Shown: positions 8,882 to 18,821, numbered from the stretch's first letter. The stretch: 64,000 bases of DNA from Candidatus Collierbacteria bacterium RIFOXYD2_FULL_45_13 (GCA_001774685.1 MFAS01000001.1:415557-479556); one strand, 5' to 3'. The notes: generated from the sequence alone by a model not told the origin. Program-made: numbers and translations.

Positions 8882-10207
8882 GTGCACCGGAAAAAGCGTA
8901 CTCGTCTCACTCATGAAGAGAAGTTTATTATTAGTGGTAGTTCACATATTGGTTTTGGAGGCCAGACCAAGCTACTTCACAAAGTTTTCTCATCGTTACC
9001 GGCTCTAAAGAGCCGTAATTGCCGGCGCTATTTTGCCGGTCAGCTTATCTCCATCATCGGTAGCTGGATGCAAATTGCGGCTCTCGGCTGGCTCACACTT
9101 CAGTTGACCAACTCCGCTTTTATGGTCGGGTTGGTGGCGGCACTGTTTCCCTTACCGGCTCTTTTCTTCTCTCTCTTTGGAGGTATCATCGTTGACCGAT
9201 TTTCCAAAAAGCAGTTGTTACTTATCACCAACTCTTTATCTATGCTCTTAGCCTTTGCCTTGGGTATACTTACTGTTCTGGGAGTTGTTAATATCACCGA
9301 GGTCATTGTTATTTCCTTGTTGGGTGGCATTGTCAGTTCTGTATCTATGCCGGCACACTTTGCCTATCTTAGTGAGCTGGTCGACAAAGAAAATATTTCT
9401 TCAGCCATGTCCATAAACGCCGGCATCTCCAGTCTTGGTCGGGTCCTAGGTCCGGGAATTGCCGGGCTCTACATCGCATTTGCGGGTACTGGAGGAGCCT
9501 TCATTCTCAATGGTCTAAGCTATGTTGCTGTCATCGTTGCTCTTCTACTTATAGACACTCCTTACAAAGTTACCAACCAACATTTGGCACCACTGACCGC
9601 TATCAAAGAGGGGATTGCCTATTCTTTCATGAATCCCATGATACGTTCCATCTTTTTATATGTCAGTGCTATGTCTATTTTTGGCTGGTCCTACACCACC
9701 ATTATTCCCGTCCTAGCGAGAGATGTTTTTCATTCAAACTCTACCGGTATGGGCTATCTTTTCTCATCCATCGGGATTGGGGCTATAGTGGCCACATTAC
9801 TGGTCTCCGCCCTTTCCGGTAAGTTTAGTAAGCTCTCCATCGTCATCTTTGGTAATTCATTATTTTCTCTTAGTCTCTTTCTTTTTTCCTTCACCTCCAA
9901 TCTAAACTTGGGGATATTTTATCTTTTTCTGGCAGGTGGTGGCTTGGTCGCCATTAACGTCATTTTGGGGACCATGGTCCAGTTGATGGCCGATGAAAAA
10001 TACCGTGGTCGTGTTTCCAGTATCTACTATCTTCTTTATGCGGGGCTCTTGTTTCTTGGCAATCTGGAAATTGGTTATCTCACCGACGTTTTTGGTAGCG
10101 GCACAGCTCTTCGCATCAATACTCTGGCTGTCCTTACAATTAGCCTTGCCATCTATTTCACCAAAGACAACCTTCGGTCGGCACAACAGATCTATCTCAA
10201 GTCATAA
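8882..10207 (+). CDS. MFS transporter
   Basis: 12-TM profile with an MFS_1-type N-terminus 'RRYFAGQLISIIGSWMQIAALGW'. Confidence 0.8.
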   Translation: MHRKKRTRLTHEEKFIISGSSHIGFGGQTKLLHKVFSSLPALKSRNCRRYFAGQLISIIGSWMQIAALGWLTLQLTNSAFMVGLVAALFPLPALFFSLFGGIIVDRFSKKQLLLITNSLSMLLAFALGILTVLGVVNITEVIVISLLGGIVSSVSMPAHFAYLSELVDKENISSAMSINAGISSLGRVLGPGIAGLYIAFAGTGGAFILNGLSYVAVIVALLLIDTPYKVTNQHLAPLTAIKEGIAYSFMNPMIRSIFLYVSAMSIFGWSYTTIIPVLARDVFHSNSTGMGYLFSSIGIGAIVATLLVSALSGKFSKLSIVIFGNSLFSLSLFLFSFTSNLNLGIFYLFLAGGGLVAINVILGTMVQLMADEKYRGRVSSIYYLLYAGLLFLGNLEIGYLTDVFGSGTALRINTLAVLTISLAIYFTKDNLRSAQQIYLKS

Positions 10208-10266
10208 AAGATGCTCGGTTTACCCCCAAAAAACCCGCCTTTGCGACGGGTTTCGATAATGTCTTA

Positions 10267-10647
10267 TCAACATTCTGGAAAATATTTCTCAGCCAGCTTC
10301 TTGGCCTGTGTGAAGTAATTATCTCCATCAGTCTTATATCCCTCCGCGGCTTGGTTACGATAAAAACGCAATGGAGGCTCAGCCGGCAGATGATGACTAA
10401 TAAAGACCTCTTCGTGTTTCCAGGTGGCGTAATTGATGATAGCGAGCGCTAGCAGTGTGGCAATTGCTTCAGCTGCATTTTCATCAGTGATGAGGAATAA
10501 TAGCTGACCGGCTTTTCCAGGTTCAAACGAGGCTAGTTGCATCACCACTTCCAGCATATCCGATAAACCAAATGAGCTGGCCAGCTTTGAAACTTCCTTG
10601 ATCACATTATCACTCGGATCAAGATCCAAAATCAGATTGATTACCAT
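10267..10647 (-). CDS. Hypothetical protein
   Basis: 126 aa. No motif. Confidence 0.4.
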   Translation of the reverse strand: MVINLILDLDPSDNVIKEVSKLASSFGLSDMLEVVMQLASFEPGKAGQLLFLITDENAAEAIATLLALAIINYATWKHEEVFISHHLPAEPPLRFYRNQAAEGYKTDGDNYFTQAKKLAEKYFPEC

Positions 10648-10703
10648 TCAATCTCCTTTAATGTGCCTAAGATAAGGCATTCTATCACATTTGCATCCGA
10701 CAG

Positions 10704-10732
10704 TTGACAACCCTATAACAAGATGATATAGT
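10704..10732 (+). promoter_or_regulatory. Sigma70-type promoter (TTGACA-17-TATAGT)
   Basis: TTGACA at 10704-10709, 17-nt spacer, TATAGT at 10727-10732. Predicted TSS sits at or next to the ATG at 10738. Confidence 0.45.
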
Positions 10733-10737
10733 ACTAA

Positions 10738-10863
10738 ATGCCAATTTTGGCAAACCAAATGAAAAACACGGTCATAAATATCAGGTTAACTCTTCCACAA
10801 GATCTCGTGGAAGGTTTTACTGGCCTTAACTGTGCCTCGGTCTTTGCGTATATCAATCCGTAA
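10738..10863 (+). CDS. Candidate leaderless leader peptide (41 aa) upstream of ABC exporter
   Basis: ATG 6 nt after the -10 hexamer. ORF MPILANQMKNTVINIRLTLPQDLVEGFTGLNCASVFAYINP ends in TAA 25 nt before a terminator hairpin. Below the 60-aa ORF-track cutoff. Confidence 0.3.
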   Translation: MPILANQMKNTVINIRLTLPQDLVEGFTGLNCASVFAYINP

Positions 10864-10888
10864 TTCGAATTAAATTAGATTTACTCAA

Positions 10889-10915
10889 ACGCCGCGGCCT
10901 ACGCGGCGTTTTTGT
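10889..10915 (+). terminator. Intrinsic terminator / attenuator hairpin in 5' leader of ABC exporter
   Basis: AACGCCGCG-GCCTA-CGCGGCGTT followed by TTTTTGTG. Lies 30 nt upstream of the SD 'AAAGGAGG' of the 10945 gene. Confidence 0.5.
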
Positions 10916-10944
10916 GCGCACTTTAAAAAAACAAAGGAGGTTCT

Positions 10945-12681
10945 ATGTTTCGGAAACTTTGGTCACTCTTGGCACCCTTTCACCGCACGTTTCTCGTTTT
11001 TGTCTTCTTGGCCTTTCTCTACGAGACGGTCCAGTTGGGAAATAGTTATGTCATCAGCCTGGTGGTTACCCTCTTCGGCTCTGGAGTTGCCGCGTATACT
11101 TGGATATTCCTGGTAGCCGGACTACTTCTTTTCGACGAGTTAAACATGAGGCTAGATAACGCTTTTGACTGGCACATAATCGCCAAACAAAGCCACCCTC
11201 TCTACCGTTTTTTGAAACTTTCAGCTATTTCTAAGTTCCTCAAGATGAATATCCCTTGGCACCACAAACACAACTCGGGGACTCTGGTTGGCAAAGTTGG
11301 AGATGGGGTCTGGAAAACACTGGAGATCGTTGATGTCATGAGTTGGGAGTTTGTGCCCACCGTGGTTCAAACCGTTATTAGCCTGATTCCCCTATTTTTC
11401 ATTAGTCCTTGGGTTGCTTTGATTTCGATTGTCACCTTCGTCCTGTTTGCCTGGCTCACCATCAAAGGCAATCGTGAGAAAGAGCCCTTCAGAGCCAAGC
11501 GTCAAGACTACTATGAAGATGAGTGGAACAAATCCATTGCTTCAGTTCAGTCCGTAGAAACCAATTTGATGTTTGGTCAGCAAGAGCGCTTACTGCGCGA
11601 TCAATCTGCAATTCACGACGGCATCATTGGCGAAGCCCTCCAAGAACACCGGCTCGGCATCTTCAAGTACAACCGCTGGCGCATCCGGGTTCTTACCGTT
11701 GCTCGAAGAGTCGTCCTGGTTATCTGGATTCTTCAGCTATTACAGGGTTCACTTACTCTCGCCTCTCTAATCTTTGTTAGTGTTTTGGTAGAGAGGCTAT
11801 TTTCCAGTTTTTGGCGCTTTGCCAGACTTTTGGATCGGGCGGCTCAAAACAGTGAAGGCGCCAAAAGACTGGCCGATCTTCTGAGTGAGGCAGAGCCGGT
11901 CGAGACAGGTTCGATTCAGACATTACCAAGCAAACCTTTGGGGATCAGTATTCAAGATGTTTGTTTCGCCTACGAAGGAGATTATTCTGAAGAAGACGGA
12001 GCCTTGCACGACTTTAGTTTGGATATAGAGCCTGGTCAAGTCACGGCTCTTGTCGGTCCGTCGGGGGCAGGAAAGACCACTATCAGAAAAATCGTCACCC
12101 GTCTTGCCGGATGTCAAAAGGGTTCCATTTTTGTTGGAGGTATAGACATCAACGACTGGGATGGACCTCAACTGCTGGAACAATTTTCCTATGTGCCCCA
12201 AGGTGACGACGTTTATATTTTTGACGAAACTATTCGTTATAACATTTCTTTTCCCCGGCCGGAAGCCACCGATGAGGAAGTCATCAACGCATCAAAGCTA
12301 GCCGGTATTCATGACTTTGTCTTAGGTTTAAAGGATGGCTACAACACTCAGGTGGGGGAAAGGGGCATCCGTCTTTCAGGTGGTCAAAAACAGCGGGTAG
12401 CTCTGGCCAGAGCTATCTTAGCCAATCGGCCCATCCTCATCCTCGATGAAGCCACTAGCGCCGTAGATGCCATTACCGAGAGCGAAATTCAGACCAACAT
12501 GAGGACAATCCTTACAGGAAAAACCGCCCTGGTCATTGCCCATCGGTTATCCACCGTTTGGGGGCTGGCAGACAAGATTGTCGTTATGGATAACGGTAAA
12601 AAGGTCGAAGAGGGCACTCATGCTCAACTGGTGGATCAAGGAGGACTCTACGCCAAAATGGTCTCCTTACAAACAGAATAA
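10945..12681 (+). CDS. ABC transporter, fused permease/ATPase (type I exporter, MsbA/multidrug-like)
   Basis: 6-TM N-domain. Walker A 'GPSGAGKTT', signature 'LSGGQKQRVALARAIL', Walker B 'ILILDEATSAVD'. Strong SD. Confidence 0.9.
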   Translation: MFRKLWSLLAPFHRTFLVFVFLAFLYETVQLGNSYVISLVVTLFGSGVAAYTWIFLVAGLLLFDELNMRLDNAFDWHIIAKQSHPLYRFLKLSAISKFLKMNIPWHHKHNSGTLVGKVGDGVWKTLEIVDVMSWEFVPTVVQTVISLIPLFFISPWVALISIVTFVLFAWLTIKGNREKEPFRAKRQDYYEDEWNKSIASVQSVETNLMFGQQERLLRDQSAIHDGIIGEALQEHRLGIFKYNRWRIRVLTVARRVVLVIWILQLLQGSLTLASLIFVSVLVERLFSSFWRFARLLDRAAQNSEGAKRLADLLSEAEPVETGSIQTLPSKPLGISIQDVCFAYEGDYSEEDGALHDFSLDIEPGQVTALVGPSGAGKTTIRKIVTRLAGCQKGSIFVGGIDINDWDGPQLLEQFSYVPQGDDVYIFDETIRYNISFPRPEATDEEVINASKLAGIHDFVLGLKDGYNTQVGERGIRLSGGQKQRVALARAILANRPILILDEATSAVDAITESEIQTNMRTILTGKTALVIAHRLSTVWGLADKIVVMDNGKKVEEGTHAQLVDQGGLYAKMVSLQTE

Positions 12682-12692
12682 GCTCTCTACAA

Positions 12693-12722
12693 GCCTCGCA
12701 TTTGCGGGGCTTTTTATTTTTT
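12693..12722. terminator. Intrinsic terminator (bidirectional)
   Basis: GCCTCGC-ATTT-GCGGGGC followed by TTTTTATTTTTTT. Confidence 0.65.
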
Positions 12723-12971
12723 TCTCTTGGTACTTTTCTTAACCACGACCTTGGGAGAAGTTCCCACAAAGACATCCTTGTGAATCACGAGATAAATGGT
12801 TGGCAAGATTCCCATGCTGTTGACCAAAAGAAGAGCGACGAACCAAACAACCTGCTTTCTTCCGGCACTCTTATATAGAGCAATCCCTTTTAGGATTAAG
12901 TCCAACAGGACGAAAAAGTATAGCCAACCGAAGCGGCCCGAGAACATCATGTTTTGATAATAGTTGTACAT
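12714..12971 (-). CDS. Small membrane protein (DUF5652-like)
   Basis: 85 aa, two TM helices, lysine-rich C-terminus. Small-membrane-protein type. Confidence 0.45.
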   Translation of the reverse strand: MYNYYQNMMFSGRFGWLYFFVLLDLILKGIALYKSAGRKQVVWFVALLLVNSMGILPTIYLVIHKDVFVGTSPKVVVKKSTKRKK

Positions 12972-13014
12972 ATATTAATATTACACAATTTTTTGGCCGT
13001 ATACTAATTACTAG

Positions 13015-13704
13015 ATGTCTGTCGCACTTGTTCCGCTTAGTCTGCTCTTATTATTCTTTTCCAAAAGATGGTTAACCATTGAAATAAGTCGACTTGTTCA
13101 CCGTTTCGGCGGAGGGCACCAAAGCCTTATTGTCATCTGGAGTGTTATCTTCCTACCCGGGACTGTTATTCACGAAATGTCTCACTTCTTCTTCGCTATC
13201 ATTACCGGGGCCAGAACCGGCAAGATCGAAATTTTTCCCGAATACTTAGAAGGTGATTGGGAGGATGAAGAAGAGGGGAGGTCTGTCGCTCTGGGTTATG
13301 TTCAGACCCAAAAACTAAATCCGATACAAGGTTTCTTTGTAGGAACCGCCCCGTTTATTGTAGGTATGTTTCTTTTGGTCTGGTTGGCTTCTCTTCTTCA
13401 GACAAGTTATGCCTCCGGTCAAATACTATTTTTATGTCTTCAGGGATATTTATTCTTTACGGTTGCCAACTCTTTTTTCCCAAGTTGGTCTGATATCCGG
13501 CAAACCTTACCCCTAGTGATCATCGCTTTAGTTTGTCTCCTTATAGCCTGGACTCTCGGTCTACAATTATTCATTAGACCCACTGCGCAGATAGTAACCT
13601 TGGCGGACACCATCTCTGCCACCTTTCTCTTTAGCTCTGTTTTCAACCTTCTCATTATTGGCGGCCTGTTTTTAACCAATAAAGTGTTTTTTCGCACCAG
13701 ATAG
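13015..13704 (+). CDS. Membrane-embedded zinc metalloprotease-like protein (HExxH, M50/DUF3267-like)
   Basis: Polytopic membrane protein with 'HEMSH' in a TM segment. Confidence 0.5.
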   Translation: MSVALVPLSLLLLFFSKRWLTIEISRLVHRFGGGHQSLIVIWSVIFLPGTVIHEMSHFFFAIITGARTGKIEIFPEYLEGDWEDEEEGRSVALGYVQTQKLNPIQGFFVGTAPFIVGMFLLVWLASLLQTSYASGQILFLCLQGYLFFTVANSFFPSWSDIRQTLPLVIIALVCLLIAWTLGLQLFIRPTAQIVTLADTISATFLFSSVFNLLIIGGLFLTNKVFFRTR

Positions 13705-13768
13705 AGCGTGTTTGAATATTGTCTTTGCAAAACTCTCTATAATGGAGTCATATCAATTACTTTTCAGC

Positions 13769-14308
13769 ATGAAAAAGTCCCTCCTTCTTCTTCCTGCCGC
13801 CCTGTTGTTTTCTGGTTGTATCTTGTTTCCCCAAGCACCAATCACCGGCACTACACAGCAAAAGGCCGAAAAGCTCTCTCAGATTATTAGTAGTGGTGGC
13901 CAGGCAAACTGTAAAGTGACCAATCTGGCAGACAATACGAGTACCCAAATCACCGTTTCCGGTAAAAAAATGAAAGTGGTTGGCTCCGATTTTGGCGAAG
14001 GTAAAAAAGGCACCATGATCAATGACGGCGTTAATACCTACGTCTGGACCGAAGGTGAGAAAATTGGCTTCAAAACCAAACTGGAAACCGAAAAGCCTCT
14101 CCGGCCTACAGTCACCCTGACTCAGGCGGAATCCGTAAATCCGGCCGAAACAGCGGCAGGTTACGAAGACGATACCAAATACCGGATGGACTGTACTCGA
14201 GGAGGTGTTTCGGACGCCGATTTTACTCCGCCGGCCGACGTCAAATTCACTGACTTCTCGGAAATGATGAAAGCGGTCCCCACTATTCCTACCGTTCCTG
14301 CCAGATAG
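13769..14308 (+). CDS. Lipoprotein, hypothetical
   Basis: Start moved to 'MKKSLLLLPAALLFSGC' (lipobox LFSGC). The ORF-track start at 13712 adds 19 unsupported codons. Confidence 0.55.
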   Translation: MKKSLLLLPAALLFSGCILFPQAPITGTTQQKAEKLSQIISSGGQANCKVTNLADNTSTQITVSGKKMKVVGSDFGEGKKGTMINDGVNTYVWTEGEKIGFKTKLETEKPLRPTVTLTQAESVNPAETAAGYEDDTKYRMDCTRGGVSDADFTPPADVKFTDFSEMMKAVPTIPTVPAR

Positions 14309-14331
14309 TCTCTAAATTACCACAAAAAAAA

Positions 14332-14352
14332 GACCGGCATATTATGCCGGTC
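14332..14352. terminator. Bidirectional intrinsic terminator
   Basis: Perfect 9-bp stem GACCGGCAT-ATT-ATGCCGGTC with an A8 run upstream (a T8 run on the minus reading). Confidence 0.8.
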
Positions 14353-14359
14353 TAAATTG

Positions 14360-15388
14360 TTATCGGGAGCCCATCTCCAGCAGAGCTTCCAGAAACTTCG
14401 TCAGGTCCATCGGATCGATAACTCCGTGCTCTTCGGGGGACCAGCCGATCACTTCGTGCTCTACTCCATTTACGGAGATTTTCTTGGTGAAGAAGAATCG
14501 GTCACGCAGTATGGGCACGGAGGCGATCAGGTTGATCGGATCGTACTGTGCCCAGGCGTGACTCTTTAGGTAAGGCACAATTTCTCCATCGTCGGCGATC
14601 GGCGGGTTCACACCACCGCAGAACACACTCACAAACCAGGCTCGATTTCGAGACATTGGCAGTTTTCCGCGGAGCTTCGATCCTTCCGGAGCCGTACAAG
14701 AGCGCCAGAAGCTTTGTGTGTTTCGGGGAACCCGGACAGCAAAGCACTTTCCCACCTCGCCCATCCGCTCGAAGATGTTATGGCTGAGCATCGCCTTAAA
14801 GGTAGCGTTCTTAGTCGTTATAGTCATGGGGACGCCAAGTTCTTGTAATCTCCGATAGCAGAACTCAGCAGCTTTCTTGTCGAATAGAACATTCATCGCA
14901 TCGTTCGGTTGGATGAAGCCATCACTTGAAAGCTCGGTCATCACACCACCCATAAACACCACCCTGCTTACCTTTCGGAGCACCAAGTCTAGGTGTTCTT
15001 CAAGAAGCCACTTCAGATCGGTCATGGCTGTCTGGATGACGATCACGACTCCCAAATTCTCAGCTTCGGTCAGTACCTTGAGTATCAATTCTTTCCCTTC
15101 CCGAAGGGTTGTTCCACCTTGATCGATGTAGGGGATCAGGTGCAGGTCGGGGCAAAGGTCAGGCTCGGGCATGACCGTCTCGCCGACCGCTACAGGCACA
15201 GTGTCGAGTCCCAGCCAGTTCATCAAGCCTCGAATCACTCGGGCTCGATCTCTTTCCGGGTTCGTGTTGGCTACCACGCCTGCCATGGACAAGAGCTCCA
15301 TTTTTACTAATGCATTCATTGCAACGATCGAGGACTCATCATCCATATCGTTGTGATTGGGATCACAAATTACGATTGTTTTTTTCAA
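14360..15388 (-). CDS. Inosine-uridine preferring nucleoside hydrolase family protein
   Basis: N-terminal aspartate cluster 'ICDPNHNDMDDESSIV' matches the IU-NH signature DxDxxxDD. Confidence 0.7.
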   Translation of the reverse strand: MKKTIVICDPNHNDMDDESSIVAMNALVKMELLSMAGVVANTNPERDRARVIRGLMNWLGLDTVPVAVGETVMPEPDLCPDLHLIPYIDQGGTTLREGKELILKVLTEAENLGVVIVIQTAMTDLKWLLEEHLDLVLRKVSRVVFMGGVMTELSSDGFIQPNDAMNVLFDKKAAEFCYRRLQELGVPMTITTKNATFKAMLSHNIFERMGEVGKCFAVRVPRNTQSFWRSCTAPEGSKLRGKLPMSRNRAWFVSVFCGGVNPPIADDGEIVPYLKSHAWAQYDPINLIASVPILRDRFFFTKKISVNGVEHEVIGWSPEEHGVIDPMDLTKFLEALLEMGSR

Positions 15389-15463
15389 GGAACCTCCAGG
15401 AGGAATAGGTTAAGACATCCTATATTATATGAGATCACTGCCTCATATGTCAAGACGTCCCCC

Positions 15464-17050
15464 TTAGGGATTCTTCTGCTTTTGTTCCGCTTTCTGCTTC
15501 AGTAGTTCTATGTAGCGTCGAATGTCAGGTATGTCCACAATCTCCAAAGCTTTACTCGCATGTACGATGGCCATATCCCAATCGTCATACGACTCATCCA
15601 AAAATGCCAGTTTTAGGTAAGACATCCACAAGTTGGGATTGATCTTGAGTGCCTCCTCAAAACCCTCTCTAGCCTTTTCTCTTTCGCCAAAAAACATATA
15701 GGTAGAGGCTCTATTATGCATCGCATCTGCGTAATTCGGATTTAGCTCAATTGCTCTGGTGAACTCCTCGATCGCCTTTTCGGCATTGCGTAAATTGACA
15801 TAAGCATCCCCCAGGTTATTATGGTTTATTGGGCTATTGGGAGAATATTCCTCGGCCGAAAACCACAAAGCGTCAGCCGTCCTCCAGTCTCTGATCCGCA
15901 GCAAGGTCCTGCCGGCCATGAGTAAAACCCAGACCGTTACCAGACAGTACAAGACAATCCACTGTTTCTTTTTCTCGGATATGTAGGTGGTGGATAGAGA
16001 AATCATGACGGCTAAGCAAGCGTACCCAAAATATGCATATCTTTCGGCTACCATCATGTTCATACCCGTAGGCGTCAAAGTCACCAGAAGCGAAGTCATA
16101 AATAGCGCCGGCCATAACCAAAAATTCTTTATTTTTTTATTGTCAATCCACGCCCACAGGAGGAAAAGTAAACTAATCCCGCCAAAGGAGAAGATAAATT
16201 TCCAACTAAGATCCACCTCCGAATGATACAGAGTCAGGGCCTTAGGCCAAAAATATAGCCATATATAATTCCCCGTTGGGACCAATACTTTGGCTATGGG
16301 GTTTTCGATTATTTCCCCCGCCACCGTGTAATATGAGTTGGTAAGTACAGCCGCCCGTTCACCGTAGACGGATATCAAGGCAAGTCCTCGTAAAAAAGAC
16401 ATCAAAAAGAGACCGGTCAAGGCCATACTCATTTTTCTCAGTCTTTTGTTTCTCCAGTCCCAAATAAATAACAACACAGGAACAAAAATATATTTTTCGC
16501 ATGAGACTAACGTCAAGATCCAAAGCGCGACTTCGGCAGCATGTTTGAGCTTTGTCTGTTTTTCATCCCAGTGTAGGTACATACAAAGCATCGTCAGCAT
16601 TCCTCCCAAAACATATGGCATTCCCGAAATCCACACTACCGGTTCAACGACGGTGGGAGCCAGTACAAACAAAGCTACAGCGATGATCGCCACCGGGAAG
16701 TCGTACCATCTCCGGACAATTTTGAACAATACAAATGAAGTTGTTAGGTGAAATAGAATACCGGTGAGCCGTAATGGCCAGGGGACTACTCCGAATATGT
16801 TAGTCAGGACTGCATAAATCAGATATTGAAAGGACCACCACGGTCGGAATAGGTCAAAGCTCCAGATACCCACCTTCGCATTGTCCAAAATCGTCGGAAT
16901 ATCATCAGACACGAATTTGTTTGGCAGGCTCGTCAGCCAGATTAGTAAGGCCACCGTCAAAAGCCCCCAAAGGATAGGCGCCTCGAACTTCGCTGCGGTA
17001 GTTGCCTTCGGCTCGGCAATGCTCTTCTCATCCAGTTTGTGTTTATTCAT
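15464..17050 (-). CDS. Polytopic membrane protein with C-terminal TPR repeats (GT-C/PMT-ArnT-like glycosyltransferase family, inferred)
   Basis: About 11 TM helices followed by TPR units ('AIEEFTRAIELNPNYADAMHNRASTY...', 'EALKINPNLWMSYLKLA'). Confidence 0.5.
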   Translation of the reverse strand: MNKHKLDEKSIAEPKATTAAKFEAPILWGLLTVALLIWLTSLPNKFVSDDIPTILDNAKVGIWSFDLFRPWWSFQYLIYAVLTNIFGVVPWPLRLTGILFHLTTSFVLFKIVRRWYDFPVAIIAVALFVLAPTVVEPVVWISGMPYVLGGMLTMLCMYLHWDEKQTKLKHAAEVALWILTLVSCEKYIFVPVLLFIWDWRNKRLRKMSMALTGLFLMSFLRGLALISVYGERAAVLTNSYYTVAGEIIENPIAKVLVPTGNYIWLYFWPKALTLYHSEVDLSWKFIFSFGGISLLFLLWAWIDNKKIKNFWLWPALFMTSLLVTLTPTGMNMMVAERYAYFGYACLAVMISLSTTYISEKKKQWIVLYCLVTVWVLLMAGRTLLRIRDWRTADALWFSAEEYSPNSPINHNNLGDAYVNLRNAEKAIEEFTRAIELNPNYADAMHNRASTYMFFGEREKAREGFEEALKINPNLWMSYLKLAFLDESYDDWDMAIVHASKALEIVDIPDIRRYIELLKQKAEQKQKNP

Positions 17051-17250
17051 TTCAATTCCTTTATCTGTTTCTTTAAAGAATCCACCAAGGCTTGATAGGT
17101 CTCCGTCAAACTTACCGCCAGATCGTAAGCATTATTATCATGCCAGTCACAGTTTTCCCCACAGGCCTCGCCTTGTTCTTTCATTGCCTGATCCAGTTTC
17201 AGCTGAGCCCTCTTGAGTTGTTCCTCCAACCGTTTTCTTTCTGTCTCCAT
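17047..17250 (-). CDS. Small coiled-coil protein (GreA-N-terminal-like?)
   Basis: 67 aa. 'QGEACGENCDWHDNNAYD' loosely resembles the 'GDLSENAEYH' tip of Gre factors. Stop overlaps the start of the downstream gene (ATGA). Confidence 0.3.
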   Translation of the reverse strand: METERKRLEEQLKRAQLKLDQAMKEQGEACGENCDWHDNNAYDLAVSLTETYQALVDSLKKQIKELK

Positions 17251-17328
17251 TCTTTTGATTATATTTCAACTAACATAGTTTTTTATAAGTGGTAGAATTG
17301 TTCCCATCTCACGAAGAAGGAGGCATCT

Positions 17329-17622
17329 TTGAAAGCTAAAATAATTGGTCAAAAAGTTTCCCTAAGCATAATGGACTATGTTCATGGCGGCGGACACTAT
17401 ATGCGTCGTATTTTTGTTCCGGAAGCCGCCAATCTGGTATTTGGGGTGGCCGAAGGAAAAGTCTTTGCCTTTACCCACTATGATTTAGAAGCAAACCAGC
17501 CCGACATCCTTGCCGAGATCAACCTTCCCGACGAACTCGTCAAAAAAGCTCTCAAGTTGGCCATTGCCACCATGGAACTCAGCACAGAGAAATCCCAGAT
17601 CGAAGATTTACTGCATGACTAA
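17329..17622 (+). CDS. Hypothetical protein
   Basis: 97 aa. No motif. Confidence 0.4.
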   Translation: MKAKIIGQKVSLSIMDYVHGGGHYMRRIFVPEAANLVFGVAEGKVFAFTHYDLEANQPDILAEINLPDELVKKALKLAIATMELSTEKSQIEDLLHD

Positions 17623-17635
17623 AGACGAGCATTCA

Positions 17636-17662
17636 GCCCCCTTTACCAGGGGGCATTTTGTT
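17636..17662 (+). terminator. Intrinsic terminator
   Basis: GCCCCCT-TTACC-AGGGGGC followed by ATTTTGTT. Confidence 0.7.
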
Positions 17663-17679
17663 GGAATATAATATAGAGC

Positions 17680-18324
17680 ATGACAAGAAAAAGTAAGAAG
17701 GTTTTTCTTTTAGTTCTGATTCTTCTCTTAATTTTTTTATTCATTTTCAGTCGCCGAGCCTTGTCTCCAAACAAAACTGCCTTGAGTAACGTTACGCCAA
17801 CACCCGCCCCCTCTCAAGTTTCCGAAAGCACCACCAAATGCCAAAACGTCGTCGTTTCTGCCGGAGAAACCGTCGAGCTTTTTACCTATCAATCCGGCCA
17901 GTTCATCCGTTTCGATTATCGTGTAGCTGCTACGACGGAGGAAAAGGCTCTCAATCTTCAAGTACTTTCCGATGGCCAGTGGCTCTATGTTTGGAATCAG
18001 CCTCACCGTTACAACAAGGACGACGTCGTCGTCAATCCCCCGGGAAAGAAGGTCAGGCTTTCCTCGCTACCTCTTTCCATAGCTACCTCAACCCCCGATG
18101 AAGTTCAGAGAATCAGTGGTCCAAATATCTCCGGTGACCGGCTTTGTTATGTATGGGATGACGTTGATCCTGTCTTCAAGGTTCCCGCCGATTTTACTTT
18201 TGAAGACTCAAACGAAACCTCTCAAAAGATCAAGGAAGACTTGGCCAAAATCTGTCAAGTTTGTGCCAAAACTTCAAACGCAACCGCCGCTTCAGCTTGT
18301 CGCACTAATCTCAGCTGTCTCTAG
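17680..18324 (+). CDS. Membrane-anchored secreted protein, hypothetical
   Basis: N-terminal TM 'VFLLVLILLLIFLFIF', PT-rich linker, Cys-containing C-terminal domain. Confidence 0.5.
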   Translation: MTRKSKKVFLLVLILLLIFLFIFSRRALSPNKTALSNVTPTPAPSQVSESTTKCQNVVVSAGETVELFTYQSGQFIRFDYRVAATTEEKALNLQVLSDGQWLYVWNQPHRYNKDDVVVNPPGKKVRLSSLPLSIATSTPDEVQRISGPNISGDRLCYVWDDVDPVFKVPADFTFEDSNETSQKIKEDLAKICQVCAKTSNATAASACRTNLSCL

Positions 18325-18368
18325 GGAGGTGTATTATTTACTTATACCAATTAAGTCCTAGTATACCT

Positions 18369-18821
18369 ATGGAAGAAACAAAAAAATCTCGAAACCCCAT
18401 TATCATCGGTCTCCTGATCGTTGCCGTGATTCTCGTTATCTCCAGATTATCTAATTCCGGCAAGGCCATCCGTCCGGAAATAGAAAGTGTGGTTTCTCCT
18501 ACCCCGACTACCGAGCAAACCCCAACCACCATGGTGGATGTTGGAAACGGCCAGATCACTATCGAAGCCGGCAGTTTCTACTTCACGCCAAATTTGATTC
18601 GGGTCAAAAAAGGCGAAAAAATAAAACTTATCCTAAAAGCAAACGACCTGATGCATGACTTTAATATCGACGAATTAGGAGTAAAAGTTCCTGTCACCAA
18701 AGCGGGTAATTCCTCCATTGTCGAGTTCACGGCCGACAAAGCGGGGGAGTTCGAGTACTACTGTTCCATCGGTGAACACAGGCAAAGAGGACAAGTCGGA
18801 AAACTCATCGTCATCGAGTAA
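18369..18821 (+). CDS. Membrane-anchored cupredoxin-like protein
   Basis: N-terminal TM plus a domain with candidate Cu ligands: His in 'MHDF', Cys and His in 'YYCSIGEH', then 'GQVGKLIV'. Confidence 0.45.
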   Translation: MEETKKSRNPIIIGLLIVAVILVISRLSNSGKAIRPEIESVVSPTPTTEQTPTTMVDVGNGQITIEAGSFYFTPNLIRVKKGEKIKLILKANDLMHDFNIDELGVKVPVTKAGNSSIVEFTADKAGEFEYYCSIGEHRQRGQVGKLIVIE

